Positions 45,112 through 56,022 of a stretch of DNA of 64,000 nucleotides are shown here, in pieces; position 1 is the first letter of the stretch, and every line of letters starts with the position of its first letter. The position numbers were made by a program, and so were the translations under genes. The notes under the pieces were generated by a model. The model made no database searches, was not told where the DNA came from, and saw only the letters and a list, made by a program, of their open reading frames with translations. Source of the stretch: Azolla caroliniana (Eukaryota; Plantae; Polypodiophyta). The stretch is taken from the NCBI GenBank assembly GCA_043228905.1, contig JBHGNT010000014.1:1612001-1676000 (forward strand). The letters are read 5' to 3'.

Positions 45112-48100
45112 TGTAAGAAATAGACGCTTCGATTCACCTTCTTCCTTTCGGCCACAACCGAGTAATCGTGGATCAATGCAACAGAAAATAGAAACCAAAA
45201 GAGAGAAACACACGAGTACACAGGGATTAACGTGGAAAACCCTAGATGGGAAAAAACCACGGGAGTACAAGACTCCAAACAACACTATACAAGAGAAGTA
45301 TACAATGACGAGCTCCAAGGCGACGACCTTGAGCTCGCTGTCCTCGCCACAGGCGGCGGAAATACACAGAGGCGTCGTCCTCTTCCTCTCTCGCGCTCTA
45401 TCTCTCTCTCTCTCACAGCTGCTCCCTCTTCACTCCTCTTAAGTGGAAAAACAGAAAAATGATAAGCAACAGTAAAACTGTTTGCCCTAAGTCATATTTA
45501 TACTTATATGACTTTGGGCTATTTACAACTGTAGCCACATGGGCCCATAGGAAACATATTCACGGATATGTCCCTGCATCCGGATCGCTCTCCGGGTACA
45601 TTCGTCATCCGGTACCGAAACCGAAACCGGGACCGTCCCATCCGGATCCGACCATCCCATTCGAAGGGACCGTAATCCCAACAAACTCCCCCTTCACTTC
45701 GGCATGGGATGTCTCTCCAATCCGATCCTCTTCCGGCATGCTTCCAGCTTGTCGGGTGTGAGCACCTTGGTCAGCATATCCGACCCGTTCTCGTCCGTGT
45801 GGATCTTCGTCAGCACGAACTCCTTGTCTTCTATCCTTTCCCGGATCCAGTGATATCTTCGCTGGATGTGCTTCGTCCGGGAGTGATAGGCCGCGTTCTT
45901 TGCAAGGTGGATTGCACTCTGACTGTCGCAGTAGAGTCGGTACTCCTTCTGCCGGATACCGAGCTCTCCAATGAAGTCCTTCATCCATATTATTTCCTTG
46001 CCGGCTTCAACAGCTGCCATGTACTCCGCCTCCGTGGTTGACAACGCAACCGTCTTCTGCAGCCTCGACTGCCACGAAACAGCTCCCCCTGCATACGTCA
46101 TCACATACCCTGATGTGGACCGGCTGGTATCTGCATCAGCCGACATATCCGAATCGGTGAAACCGTCGAGTTCGGGTTTACCGGAGCCGAATCGGAGGCA
46201 CACGTTTGCCGTGCCCTTCAGGTATCGGAGTATCCACTTGACCGCGTTCCAATGCTCTTTGCCGGGATTGCTCATGTACCGGCTCACCACTCCGACTGCA
46301 TATCCGATGTCCGGTCTCGTACACACCATGGCGTACATCAAGCTCCCGACGGCTGAGGCATACGGCACTTTCATCATATCCTCCTTTTCAGCCTTTGTCT
46401 TGGGACTTTGCTTGCTGGACAGCTTGCAGTTTGTCGGGAGGGTCGATCCGACCGGTCTTGCTTCCGACATGTTGAACCGGTGAAGCACCTTCGTCACGTA
46501 CTTCTCCTGTGACAGCCACAACTGCTTCTTGCTCCGGTCCCGGATGATGTGCATCCCTAGTATTTGTCTCGCCGGACCCAGGTCCTTCATTGAGAAGGTT
46601 CGGTGAAGAGCCTTCTTCAGCATCCGGATCTTGACCTGGTCCCGTCCGACGATCAACATGTCGTCCACGTACAGGAGGAGTATTAGAAAGTCTCCTCCTT
46701 CGAACTTCTTCACAAACACGCAGTGGTCGGACTGCGTTTTGAGGTACCCTTCGTCGGTCATGAAGGAGTCGAACTTCCGGTACCATTGCCGGGGAGCCTG
46801 CTTCAGTCCGTAAAGGCTCTTCTTCAGCCGGCATACCAGGTGCTCCTTCCCTTTCTTCTCGAATCCTTCCGGTTGCTGCATGTAGATCTCTTCTTCGAGG
46901 TCACCGTGAAGGAATGCCGTCTTCACGTCCATCTGTTCTACCTCGAGGTCCATGCTTGCCGCTATGCTCAGCACCGTCCGGATGGAGGTCATCTTCACCA
47001 CCGGGGCAAATATCTCGTCGAAGTCGACGCCCTTCTTCTGCTGAAACCCCTTCACCACGATCCTAGCTTTGTATCTCGGGGGGTTTCCGGCATCTCCCGG
47101 TTTCAGCTTGAACACCCACTTGTTTCGAAGTGCCCGCTTTTCTTTCGGCAACTCCACAAGTTCATATGTGTGGTTCTCATGCAAGGAATCCATCTCGTCC
47201 TGCATGGCACTCAACCACCTGCGGCTCTGAGTGTCATGTTTTGCTTCTTCAAAGCTCTCCGGCTCCCCCTCGTCGGTTAGCAGCACGTGCTCTGGTTCCG
47301 GAAATCTCCGGGGGGCCCTTCTCTCTCTTAGAGGATATCTCCGTTCCGGAGTTTCGGTAATCGGTTCTTCCGATTCTTCTTCATCCGAATCCATTTCGGG
47401 ATTGGGGCCGGTTCCGGTATCATTTTCATCTTCTTCGGTCGGTTCGGTTTCTTCACCGTCTTCGGCCGGATCCTCGAGTGCTAACCGGTCCCTTGCCGGT
47501 CGGGACTGCTCCTCGTAGAGTTGATCCTCACCGGTCGACTTGGAGCTCTTCATCTTCTTCTCCGACTCCCAGTCGGCGAGTGTCTTGTCCTCCATGAAGA
47601 TGATGTCTCGACTCCTGAATATCTTCTTGTCGACCGGGTCCCATACTCGGTAGCCGAACTCGTCGTCGCCGTAACCGAGGAATATGCATGGCCGGGTCTT
47701 TGGATCTAGCTTCCCTCTCCGGTCCTTTGCCACATGCACGTATGCGAGACACCCGAACACCTTCAGATGCCGGTAGGATACTTCCCTACCGGTCCACACT
47801 CTCTGCGGCGTGTCTCCGTCCAAAGGTACTGAGGGTGATCGGTTTATCACATATGTCGCCGTCGACATTGCCTCAGCCCAAAACCCCTTGGGTAATTTCG
47901 CATGCGCCAGCATACTCCGAACCCTCTCCATTATGGTCCGGTTCATCCTCTCGGCCAGCCCGTTCAGTTCCGGCGTCTTCGGCACAGTAAACTCGAGTCG
48001 GATTCCCTTCGAGCGACAGTACTCCTGGAACTGCCCCCGGTATTCCCCTCCGTTATCCGCTCGTATTGCTTTCAGCTTCTTGCCGGATTCCCTTTCCACT

Positions 48101-50368
48101 CTCGCGTGGAGATCTTTGAAGACGCACAACACTTGGTCCTTTGTCTTCATCGGTGCCGTCCACAGTTTTCGGCTATGATCATCGATGAATGTTACGAAGT
48201 ACTGGGCTCCGCCATGTGACTTCGTTTCTACCTGACACACATCAGTGTGCACCAACTCCAATGGTGCGCTACGTCTCGTCGGTGGCCTTGAGTGGAAGGA
48301 AGTTCGGTTCTGCTTACCGGCCAGGCAATCGGTGCACTTCTCCAGGTGCACATGCTTCACTGGGATAAGGTTGTCTTCTGCAAGCCTCTTCATCCCCTTC
48401 TCACTCATGTGGCACAGTCTTTTGTGCCACAGCTCACCGGCAGTGTCGGCTGCCACATTCAGCTCTTCCGGACATAACCGGGCATTCATCAGGTACAGTG
48501 TGTTGTCTTTCCGGGCCCGAGCCACTATCAGGCTCCCCTTGCTGAACTTCATTACGCCGTTCTGGATGCTACCCGTGTAGCCTTCGTCATCTAGCCTCCC
48601 GGCCGAAATCAGGTTCAGTCGGACCTCCGGAACGTGTCGGACATTCTTCAGCAGCATTTTGCATCCGGTCGGGGTTGTCAACCACACATCTCCTATGCCA
48701 GCAATCCGGCACGTACCTTCGTTTCCCATCCGAACACACCCATGCTCACCGGCTGTGTAGGATGAGAAGTATCTTCTCTCCGGGGTCAGGTGGAACGATG
48801 CTCCGGAATCGACCACCCAGGTCGTCTCATCGCCGGCAATGTTTAGCTCACCTTCTTCGGTGATGAGCATGATTTCTTCCTCACTTGCCGCGAGTGCCGT
48901 CGTTCCTTTCCGGTCCTGCCCTCGCCGATCCGAACCTCTCCGGTCCGTGGCTCCCCGGTATGCACCGTTTCTCTCCGGTGACTTCTTCGAATCGGAGTCG
49001 TCGGCTCCGTTGTCTTTTCGGTAATGCCGACAATTCTTTCGGAAGTGCCCCGGCTTCCCACAGTGGAAGCATGTGGGCCTTCCTCTTGACTGCGACCGGG
49101 TCCCCGACTTCTCCCGTCTTTGCGGACTCCGGTTCCATTGTCTTCCCCGATCCGATTCGGTAAGCAGCGCCTTCGGGTCGGAGGTCAGTTCTTTATCTCT
49201 CCGACGCGCTTCTTCGTTCAAAATACTTGTCTTTACCATTTGCAAGGACAAGTTATCTTCGGTGCAGGAGGTGCTGAGAGTCACCACCAAGTTCTCCCAG
49301 CTGTCCGGCAATGTACACATCAGGATGATGGCTTGCATTGCATCCTCCAACGGGAACTTGATTGCCGCAAGCTGGTTCACGAATCCCATGAACGTGCTCA
49401 CGTGTTCCACCATACTCTCGCCGTCCCGGTACTTGAGATTCACTATCTTCCTCATCAGGGAGGTCCGATTCAACGCATTCTTCCTCTCGTAGAGGCCCGA
49501 CAGCTTCTTCCACATTTCATATGCGTTGGTGTCGTTTGCCACATGTTGTAGGACGCTTACATCGACATATTGTCGGATCGTCGCTACGGCTTTCCGGTTC
49601 AGGAGCTTCCACTCCGACTCAAGTACCCCCTTCGGTATTTCCGACCTGTCAATCGGTTCGTACAGGTCCCGAACAATCAGAAGATCCTCCATCTTGATCT
49701 TCCAGTCGGCGTAATTCTGTGCATTCAGCACCATCATCCCCGGCTGCCCGCTGCCGCCGCCTTCCATTTTCTGCAACAGTCGCTCTGATACCAATTTGTA
49801 AGAAATAGACGCTTCGATTCACCTTCTTCCTTTCGGCCACAACCGAGTAATCGTGGATCAATGCAACAGAAAATAGAAACCAAAAGAGAGAAACACACGA
49901 GTACACAGGGATTAACGTGGAAAACCCTAGATGGGAAAAAACCACGGGAGTACAAGACTCCAAACAACACTATACAAGAGAAGTATACAATGACGAGCTC
50001 CAAGGCGACGACCTTGAGCTCGCTGTCCTCGCCACAGGCGGCGGAAATACACAGAGGCGTCGTCCTCTTCCTCTCTCGCGCTCTATCTCTCTCTCTCTCA
50101 CGGCTGCTCCCTCTTCACTCCTCTTAAGTGGAAAAACAGAAAAATGATAAGCAACAGTAAAACTGTTTGCCCTAAGTCATATTTATACTTATATGACTTT
50201 GGGCTATTTACAACTGTAGCCACATGGGCCCATAGGAAACATATTCACGGATATGTCCCTGCATCCGGATCGCTCTCCGGGTACATTCGTCATCCGGTAC
50301 CGAAACCGAAACCGGGACCGTCCCATCCGGATCCGACCATCCCATTCGAAGGGACCGTAATCCCAACA
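45112..50368 (-). mobile_element. Element G: intact Tnt1-like Ty1/Copia retrotransposon (5257 bp)
   Basis: 572-bp LTRs at 45112-45683 and 49797-50368 (one mismatch seen), PBS TGGTATCAGAGCG 49781-49793, PPT from 45684, TSD GTTTT/GTTTT. Confidence 0.96.
45694..49767 (-). CDS. Copia gag-pol polyprotein, 1357 aa, uninterrupted
   Basis: CFHCGKPGHFRKNC, WVVDSGASFH, LWHKRLCH, LVHTDVC..DNGGEY..NGLAER, GKLDPK, QMDVKTAFLHG, LYVDDM, DSDMSAD..STTEAEY..KHI. Confidence 0.95.
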   Translation of the reverse strand: MEGGGSGQPGMMVLNAQNYADWKIKMEDLLIVRDLYEPIDRSEIPKGVLESEWKLLNRKAVATIRQYVDVSVLQHVANDTNAYEMWKKLSGLYERKNALNRTSLMRKIVNLKYRDGESMVEHVSTFMGFVNQLAAIKFPLEDAMQAIILMCTLPDSWENLVVTLSTSCTEDNLSLQMVKTSILNEEARRRDKELTSDPKALLTESDRGRQWNRSPQRREKSGTRSQSRGRPTCFHCGKPGHFRKNCRHYRKDNGADDSDSKKSPERNGAYRGATDRRGSDRRGQDRKGTTALAASEEEIMLITEEGELNIAGDETTWVVDSGASFHLTPERRYFSSYTAGEHGCVRMGNEGTCRIAGIGDVWLTTPTGCKMLLKNVRHVPEVRLNLISAGRLDDEGYTGSIQNGVMKFSKGSLIVARARKDNTLYLMNARLCPEELNVAADTAGELWHKRLCHMSEKGMKRLAEDNLIPVKHVHLEKCTDCLAGKQNRTSFHSRPPTRRSAPLELVHTDVCQVETKSHGGAQYFVTFIDDHSRKLWTAPMKTKDQVLCVFKDLHARVERESGKKLKAIRADNGGEYRGQFQEYCRSKGIRLEFTVPKTPELNGLAERMNRTIMERVRSMLAHAKLPKGFWAEAMSTATYVINRSPSVPLDGDTPQRVWTGREVSYRHLKVFGCLAYVHVAKDRRGKLDPKTRPCIFLGYGDDEFGYRVWDPVDKKIFRSRDIIFMEDKTLADWESEKKMKSSKSTGEDQLYEEQSRPARDRLALEDPAEDGEETEPTEEDENDTGTGPNPEMDSDEEESEEPITETPERRYPLRERRAPRRFPEPEHVLLTDEGEPESFEEAKHDTQSRRWLSAMQDEMDSLHENHTYELVELPKEKRALRNKWVFKLKPGDAGNPPRYKARIVVKGFQQKKGVDFDEIFAPVVKMTSIRTVLSIAASMDLEVEQMDVKTAFLHGDLEEEIYMQQPEGFEKKGKEHLVCRLKKSLYGLKQAPRQWYRKFDSFMTDEGYLKTQSDHCVFVKKFEGGDFLILLLYVDDMLIVGRDQVKIRMLKKALHRTFSMKDLGPARQILGMHIIRDRSKKQLWLSQEKYVTKVLHRFNMSEARPVGSTLPTNCKLSSKQSPKTKAEKEDMMKVPYASAVGSLMYAMVCTRPDIGYAVGVVSRYMSNPGKEHWNAVKWILRYLKGTANVCLRFGSGKPELDGFTDSDMSADADTSRSTSGYVMTYAGGAVSWQSRLQKTVALSTTEAEYMAAVEAGKEIIWMKDFIGELGIRQKEYRLYCDSQSAIHLAKNAAYHSRTKHIQRRYHWIRERIEDKEFVLTKIHTDENGSDMLTKVLTPDKLEACRKRIGLERHPMPK

Positions 50369-53152
50369 GTTTTGACATCCAACTGTTCGATCTCCAGGTC
50401 CATATTGGCCGCTATACTTAGAATAGTTCGAATGGATGTCATCTTCAAGACTGGTACGAATATTTCGTCGAAGTCGACACCCTTTTTATGTTGAAAGCCC
50501 TTCACCACGATGCAGGCTTTATACCTGGGCTCACTGTCGGCTTCCCCAGTCTTCACCTTGTAGACCCACTTATTCCTGAGTGCTCTCTTACCTTTCGGCA
50601 GCTCTACCAGGTCATAGGTGTAATTTTCATGCAAGGATTCCATCTCATCTTGCATCGCACTCAACCATTTTTGTCTGTGCTCATCGGCACTGGCTTTTTC
50701 ATAGCACTCCGGTTCACCTTTATCAGTCAAGAGGATGTATTGAATGGCATATGTTATCGGTGCTTTCCTTTCTTTGAGTGGGTATCTCCTTCCACTCGTT
50801 GTTGGCTCTCTTTCAGATGTCTCTACCAACTCTTCTCTCCGCTCGGATTCCTGCACGTCAATCGGCATCTCCAGGTTGGACGACTCCAACTCATATTCTT
50901 CAATTCAACTTAGCAGTTGTGCCGACTCTGACTCATAGTCGGTTGGTCTCTCCGAGTCGACCGACTCGGATTCGGTTATGTTGACTGGTCGTCTCCGAAC
51001 AACCGACGTTGTTGGTTCACTTGACCTTAGATCGTCGTTTGTCGGGGTTGACTAGGGAGTCATATTCAACTTCTGTTGCTTCCAGTCTTCAATCGTCTTA
51101 TCTTCAGGAAAGACTACGTCCTGACTTCTCACTACCTTTTGGTGGACTAAGTCCCATAGCCTATAGCCGAACTCATCTTCTGAGTATCCCATGAATATGC
51201 ATGCTTTCGACTTACTGTCGAGCTTCGACCTCTGATCCTTTGGTACATGCATATACCCCAAACATCCGAACACCCTCAGGTGTTGGTAGGAGACATCCTT
51301 CCCTGTTCACACTCTCTATGGGACATCACCCTTTAATGGTATTGAGGGGGACCTGTTGATCAGATAAACAGTTGTGTACATCGCCTCAGCCCAATAGGAT
51401 TTCGGTAGTTTTGATTCATCCTCTCTGCAAGCCCGTTCAACTCTAGGGTCTTTGGCATTGTGTATTCGATCTGAATACCTTGGCACTTGCAGTATTCCTC
51501 GAATTTCCCTTTATACTTGCCACTGTTATCGGTTCGAACAACCTTCAACTTCCGACCCGACTCTCTTTCAACTCTAGCCTGGAACTCCTTGAAGACCGAC
51601 AATACTTGATCGTTTGACTTCAGTACAAAAGCCCATGTCTTCCGACTATAGTCGTCATTGAACGTCACAAAGTACTGTCCACCTCGATGCGATGGAGCAT
51701 CTACATAACACACATCCGTGTGTACTAGTTCCAGTGCAACTTCTCTTCTTCTTGGTAGTCTGTTCTGCTTTCCTACTAAGCAGTCGAGGCACTTCTCCAA
51801 GTGCACTCCCTTGATTTCTGGTAGAAGCTTTTGGTCGGCTAGCAGGTGCATTCCTTTCTCACTCATGTGGCCTAGACTCTTATGCCACATCTCTCTTGTC
51901 GAGTCGGATGCCACATTTACTTCCGATTTGCATAGTCAGGCCTGTATCGTATATAATGTGCCTTCTTTCTGTGCTCGGGCCACTATAAGATTTTCTCGGC
52001 AGAACTTCCACTTGCAATTCCGAAAGCTACCACTATAGTCTTCGTCATCCAACCTTCCAGTTGATGTCAGATTCAATCTGATATCGGGGACGTGTCGAAC
52101 ATCCTTCAAAGTCAGTCGACACCCTATCGACGTCATCAAGCGAAGACTTCCGACTCCGGCTATCTTGCACTCTCCACTATCACCCATTTTCACATAACCG
52201 TGATCTCCGGTTATGTAAGTCGAGAAATACTCTCTCAACGGAGTTATGTGGAACGATGCCCCAGAATTGATCACCCAACTGCATTCTTCACTTGCAAGAT
52301 TTGCACTTGTCTGTTCACAAATGAACAACGGTTCTTCATTGCTCGTAGCAATGGCATAAATGTTCTTCTCATCATGAATCTTCCTGGGTTCGACATTGTT
52401 TCCAACAACCTTGTCTTTTCTCATGTATCAACAGTCCTTCTGGAAGTGTCCAGGTTCACCACAGTAAAAGCACACTAGCTTACCTTTGGACTTCGATCTG
52501 GCTTGGGAATTTTCTCTCCTTGGTGGACTTCTTTGTCGGTTCCTTCCTCTGTCCGAATGTTGTGTTACATTCGACTCCGACTGGGACAAGACTCCCTTGT
52601 CCTTCCTCCTTGCCTCCTCATTTAGGATGCTTGTCTTTACAGTTTCTCTTCTTGACAAGAGGTGCTCAGAGTAACCACCAGATTCTCCCAGCTATCCTGC
52701 AGTGTGCACATTAGCAGAATGGCCCGCATCGCATCATCCAGGTGAAACTTGGTTGCAACAAGTTGATTCACATACCCCATGAATGTGATGATGTGTTCTA
52801 CAATGTTCTCCCCATCTCTCTATTTCAGCCGTACGATCTTTCTCATCAGTGAGGTTTTATTGAGTGTGTTCTTCCTCTCAGATAGATTCGACAGCTTCTA
52901 CCACATCTCGTGTGCATTTGTGTCATTCGCCACATGTTGCAAGACACTTACATTGACGCATTGTCGGAAGGTGGCCACCGCCTTTCTGTTAAGAAGTTTC
53001 CAATCCGACTCCAATACTCCCCTGGGTATATTTGCTCTGTCGATTGGCTCATACAGGTCTTTGACTATGAGAAGGTCCTCCATCTTTATCTTCCAGTCTG
53101 CATAGTTCTGTGAGTTTAGAACTATCATGCCTGGGAAGCCGCTCACACCTCC

Positions 53153-54344
53153 TGTCAGGAACTGCACGCTCCGATGAACACCGCTCAGCCACAACCGAGT
53201 CTAAGATCAAAACACAGAAAAAACGGGAATGAAAGCACGACACAAAGGAGAGAAGAGTACACAGGATGTTTACGTGGAAAACCCAAACTCGGGAAAAAAC
53301 CACGGCAGCCCACAGACCGCAAACTATCACTATGTCAGAATGTACAATAACAAAGCACCAACGCCACGACCTCGAGCTTGCTATCTTCGCCATAGGCGGC
53401 GGTTACAATCAGAGGCAACGACCTCTTCCTCTCTCTCACTCTCTCTGTACACAGTTGCACACTCTAATCTTACGCCAACAAGAAAATAACAACTACACCT
53501 CAATAAGTTTGCCCTAAGTCATATTTATACTAATATGACTTTTCGGCTATTTACAAATATAGCCTCGATGGACTCTCAGGAATATATTTACGAATATGTC
53601 TCTTCATCCGGTGAGCACTCCTCACCGGGCTTGCATCATCCGGTGCTTGCCGAGTACTTGCCATCCGGTTCTCACCAGGTCTTCCGTTTCCGGGTACTCC
53701 TCATCCGGTTCTCACTGGGTCTGCACCATTTGGCTCTCCGTAGCCGGGTTCTCCTCATCCGGTTCTCACCGGGTCTGCACCATCCGGCTCTCCGTAGTCG
53801 GGTGCTCGTCATCTGGTTCTCCGTAGCCGAGTTTGCTCATCAGCACTGTTCTTCTCCCTTCCCATCCGGAGGGACCTGTCTCCCAACAAACTCCCCCTTC
53901 ACTCCGGCATGGGGTGTCTTACCAGTCCGATCCGCTTCCGACATGCTTCCAACTTGTCAGGTACCAATACTTTGGTCAGCATATCTGACCCATTCTCGGC
54001 CGTGTGGATCTTCATCAGCGCGAACTCCTAGTCGTCTACTCTTTCCCGGATCCAGTGATACCTTCGTTGGATATGCTTCGTCCGGGAATGGTAGGCCGCA
54101 TTCTTAGCAAGGTGGATGGCACTTTGACTGTCGCAATAGAGCCGGTATTCATCTTGCCGGATACCGAGCTCTCCGATGAAGTCCTTCATCCATATTATTT
54201 CCTTGTCGGCTTCCACAGCCGCCATGTAATCCGCCTCCGTGGTTGACAACGCAACCATCTTCTGCAACCTCGACTGCTACGAAACAGCTCCCCCTCCAGT
54301 ACTGTTCTTCTCCTTTCCCATCCGGAGGAACCTGTCTCCCAACA
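53153..54344 (-). mobile_element. Element H: internally deleted Copia related to G, inserted in the first codons of F gag
   Basis: Full LTR 53153-53888, PPT, RNaseH tail to about 54297, then only the outer ~47 bp of the other LTR. TSD CCTCC/CCTCC (53148-53152 and 54345-54349). Confidence 0.88.
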
Positions 54345-54652
54345 CCTCCTTCCATGCTTGCACCTCAAGCTCTGATACCAGTTTGTTGAGAATCGATTAA
54401 AAAAACCACAAGATCAAACGATGCTGAAAATATACAACACATGCACACAATGACACAGTACACAAAGATTTACGTGGAAACCCTAAAATGGGAGAAAAAC
54501 CATGGGAGAGTAAGCTTCACTATACAGTGGATATACAAGACAGAGATTACAACACTCTTTCTGAGTGTATCACCCTCACAGGGTTCTTGGCGTCTGCTAT
54601 TACGGACACAGCTATGGCACCGCTCTCTCTCTCTCTCTCCCTCTCTCTCTCT

Positions 54653-55913
54653 TGGCGTTTTACCATAGTAGTGGACTAGCAGTGAATGTGGAGAAAACAA
54701 AAATGATGGTAGTGCAAATCATCCAACCTCATCATTACCCTATGCTCACATACAAAGGTGAACATATACAAGTTGTTAAAAGCTTGAAATATCTTGGTAT
54801 TGATGTACCCGCCACAAATAAATGGAGTGCATGCTTTGATTCTAGACTCCAAGCTGGTTGGAAATCATATTACCTTTTGGAGAACCAATGCAACCAAAGT
54901 GATACTTGTGGATGGGAAGTAAAATTAATGTTGTTCAATGCCATGGTAACTCAAGTATTGCTTTATGGAGTAGAAGTATGGGGTGGCACCATCTGTCTTA
55001 ATGCATGGAATGAGATTGAGAAAATTCAAAAGATGTTTTTATGGAGGCAATTAGGAGTTAAATGCACTACCTCTTACCAAGTTATGCTCTTGGAAATGGG
55101 TGTTCGACCAATAGAACTATTGGCACTCCAAAGAGTATATAAATACATTACAAAAGTCAAGAATATGCCGAATCATCGATTACCACATCTTTCTTGGAAT
55201 GTTGGATGTAAGCTACAAAAGAATCATAAAAGTAAGATTCTCTCATCTGGTTGGGTTGTTGACATAAAGAAATGGTTTAGAAGATGGGGTGTGGATGATC
55301 TTTTAGAGCTTTCAGGCAATGCTATGCAATATGTAATGATTGAGGAAAGGTTGGTGGAATCATTAAGGATGAAGTGGGAGGATGCTAAGAGAGCAAAGCT
55401 AGAATACTACATTGCAAATGTCAACCTTGAATGTTGGTCTCAATATAAAGCAAGAATGTCTATTGATTGTATCCAACCTTATCTCATTACCAATATGAGT
55501 AGCAATGCTTGTAGAGCCCTTACACTACTTCGCACTTGATCTCACAAGTTAGGTATTGAAGTTGCATCATGGTATCAAAATGTAACAAATTTGAAGTCAT
55601 GTAAAGTATGCAATGAAGGCATGGTAGAGGATGAATGTCACTTGCTCTTCACATGCTCAACATATAGTGCAATTCGTTCAAGATATGTTGACATACTAAG
55701 AGGGAGTGATAACTTAAGATCCATACTTAAGACACCACGTAGAAGGTTGAGCCCATATGTGTATGCTTTATTAACACATAGAGAATTTGTGCTTCAACAT
55801 ATGAATACCCCTTCTTAGGAAGGAGACATATATCAAGAACACATCTATACTCTGGAGTCCCATAGGTCAAAATTGGCCTCTTTATGGACGATAAAAATTC
55901 TAATTCTAATTCT
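54653..55913 (+). mobile_element. 5'-truncated non-L1 LINE (RTEX-like; L2/CR1 group not excluded), inserted in the (CT)n tract of F's 5' LTR
   Basis: GLAVNVEKTKMM..KYLGI..LLYGVEVWG..IEKIQKMFL, then LRT*SHKLGIE..CKVC...VEDECHLLFTC; 3' tail (AATTCT)3 at 55896-55913. Confidence 0.8.
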
Positions 55914-55978
55914 CTCTTTCTCTCGTGTCTCTCTTGCACACACTTCTATATGTCGTCGCACTTTCTATGTTTTCCCTA

Positions 55979-56022
<44 letters not shown>

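Noticed and set aside
44929-45318. ORF with a hydrophobic N-terminus fused to RT (env-like?)
   Set aside because: Chimeric read-through from G's LTR into F's RT at the insertion junction. The same applies to 50290-50889 and the start of 54565-55539.
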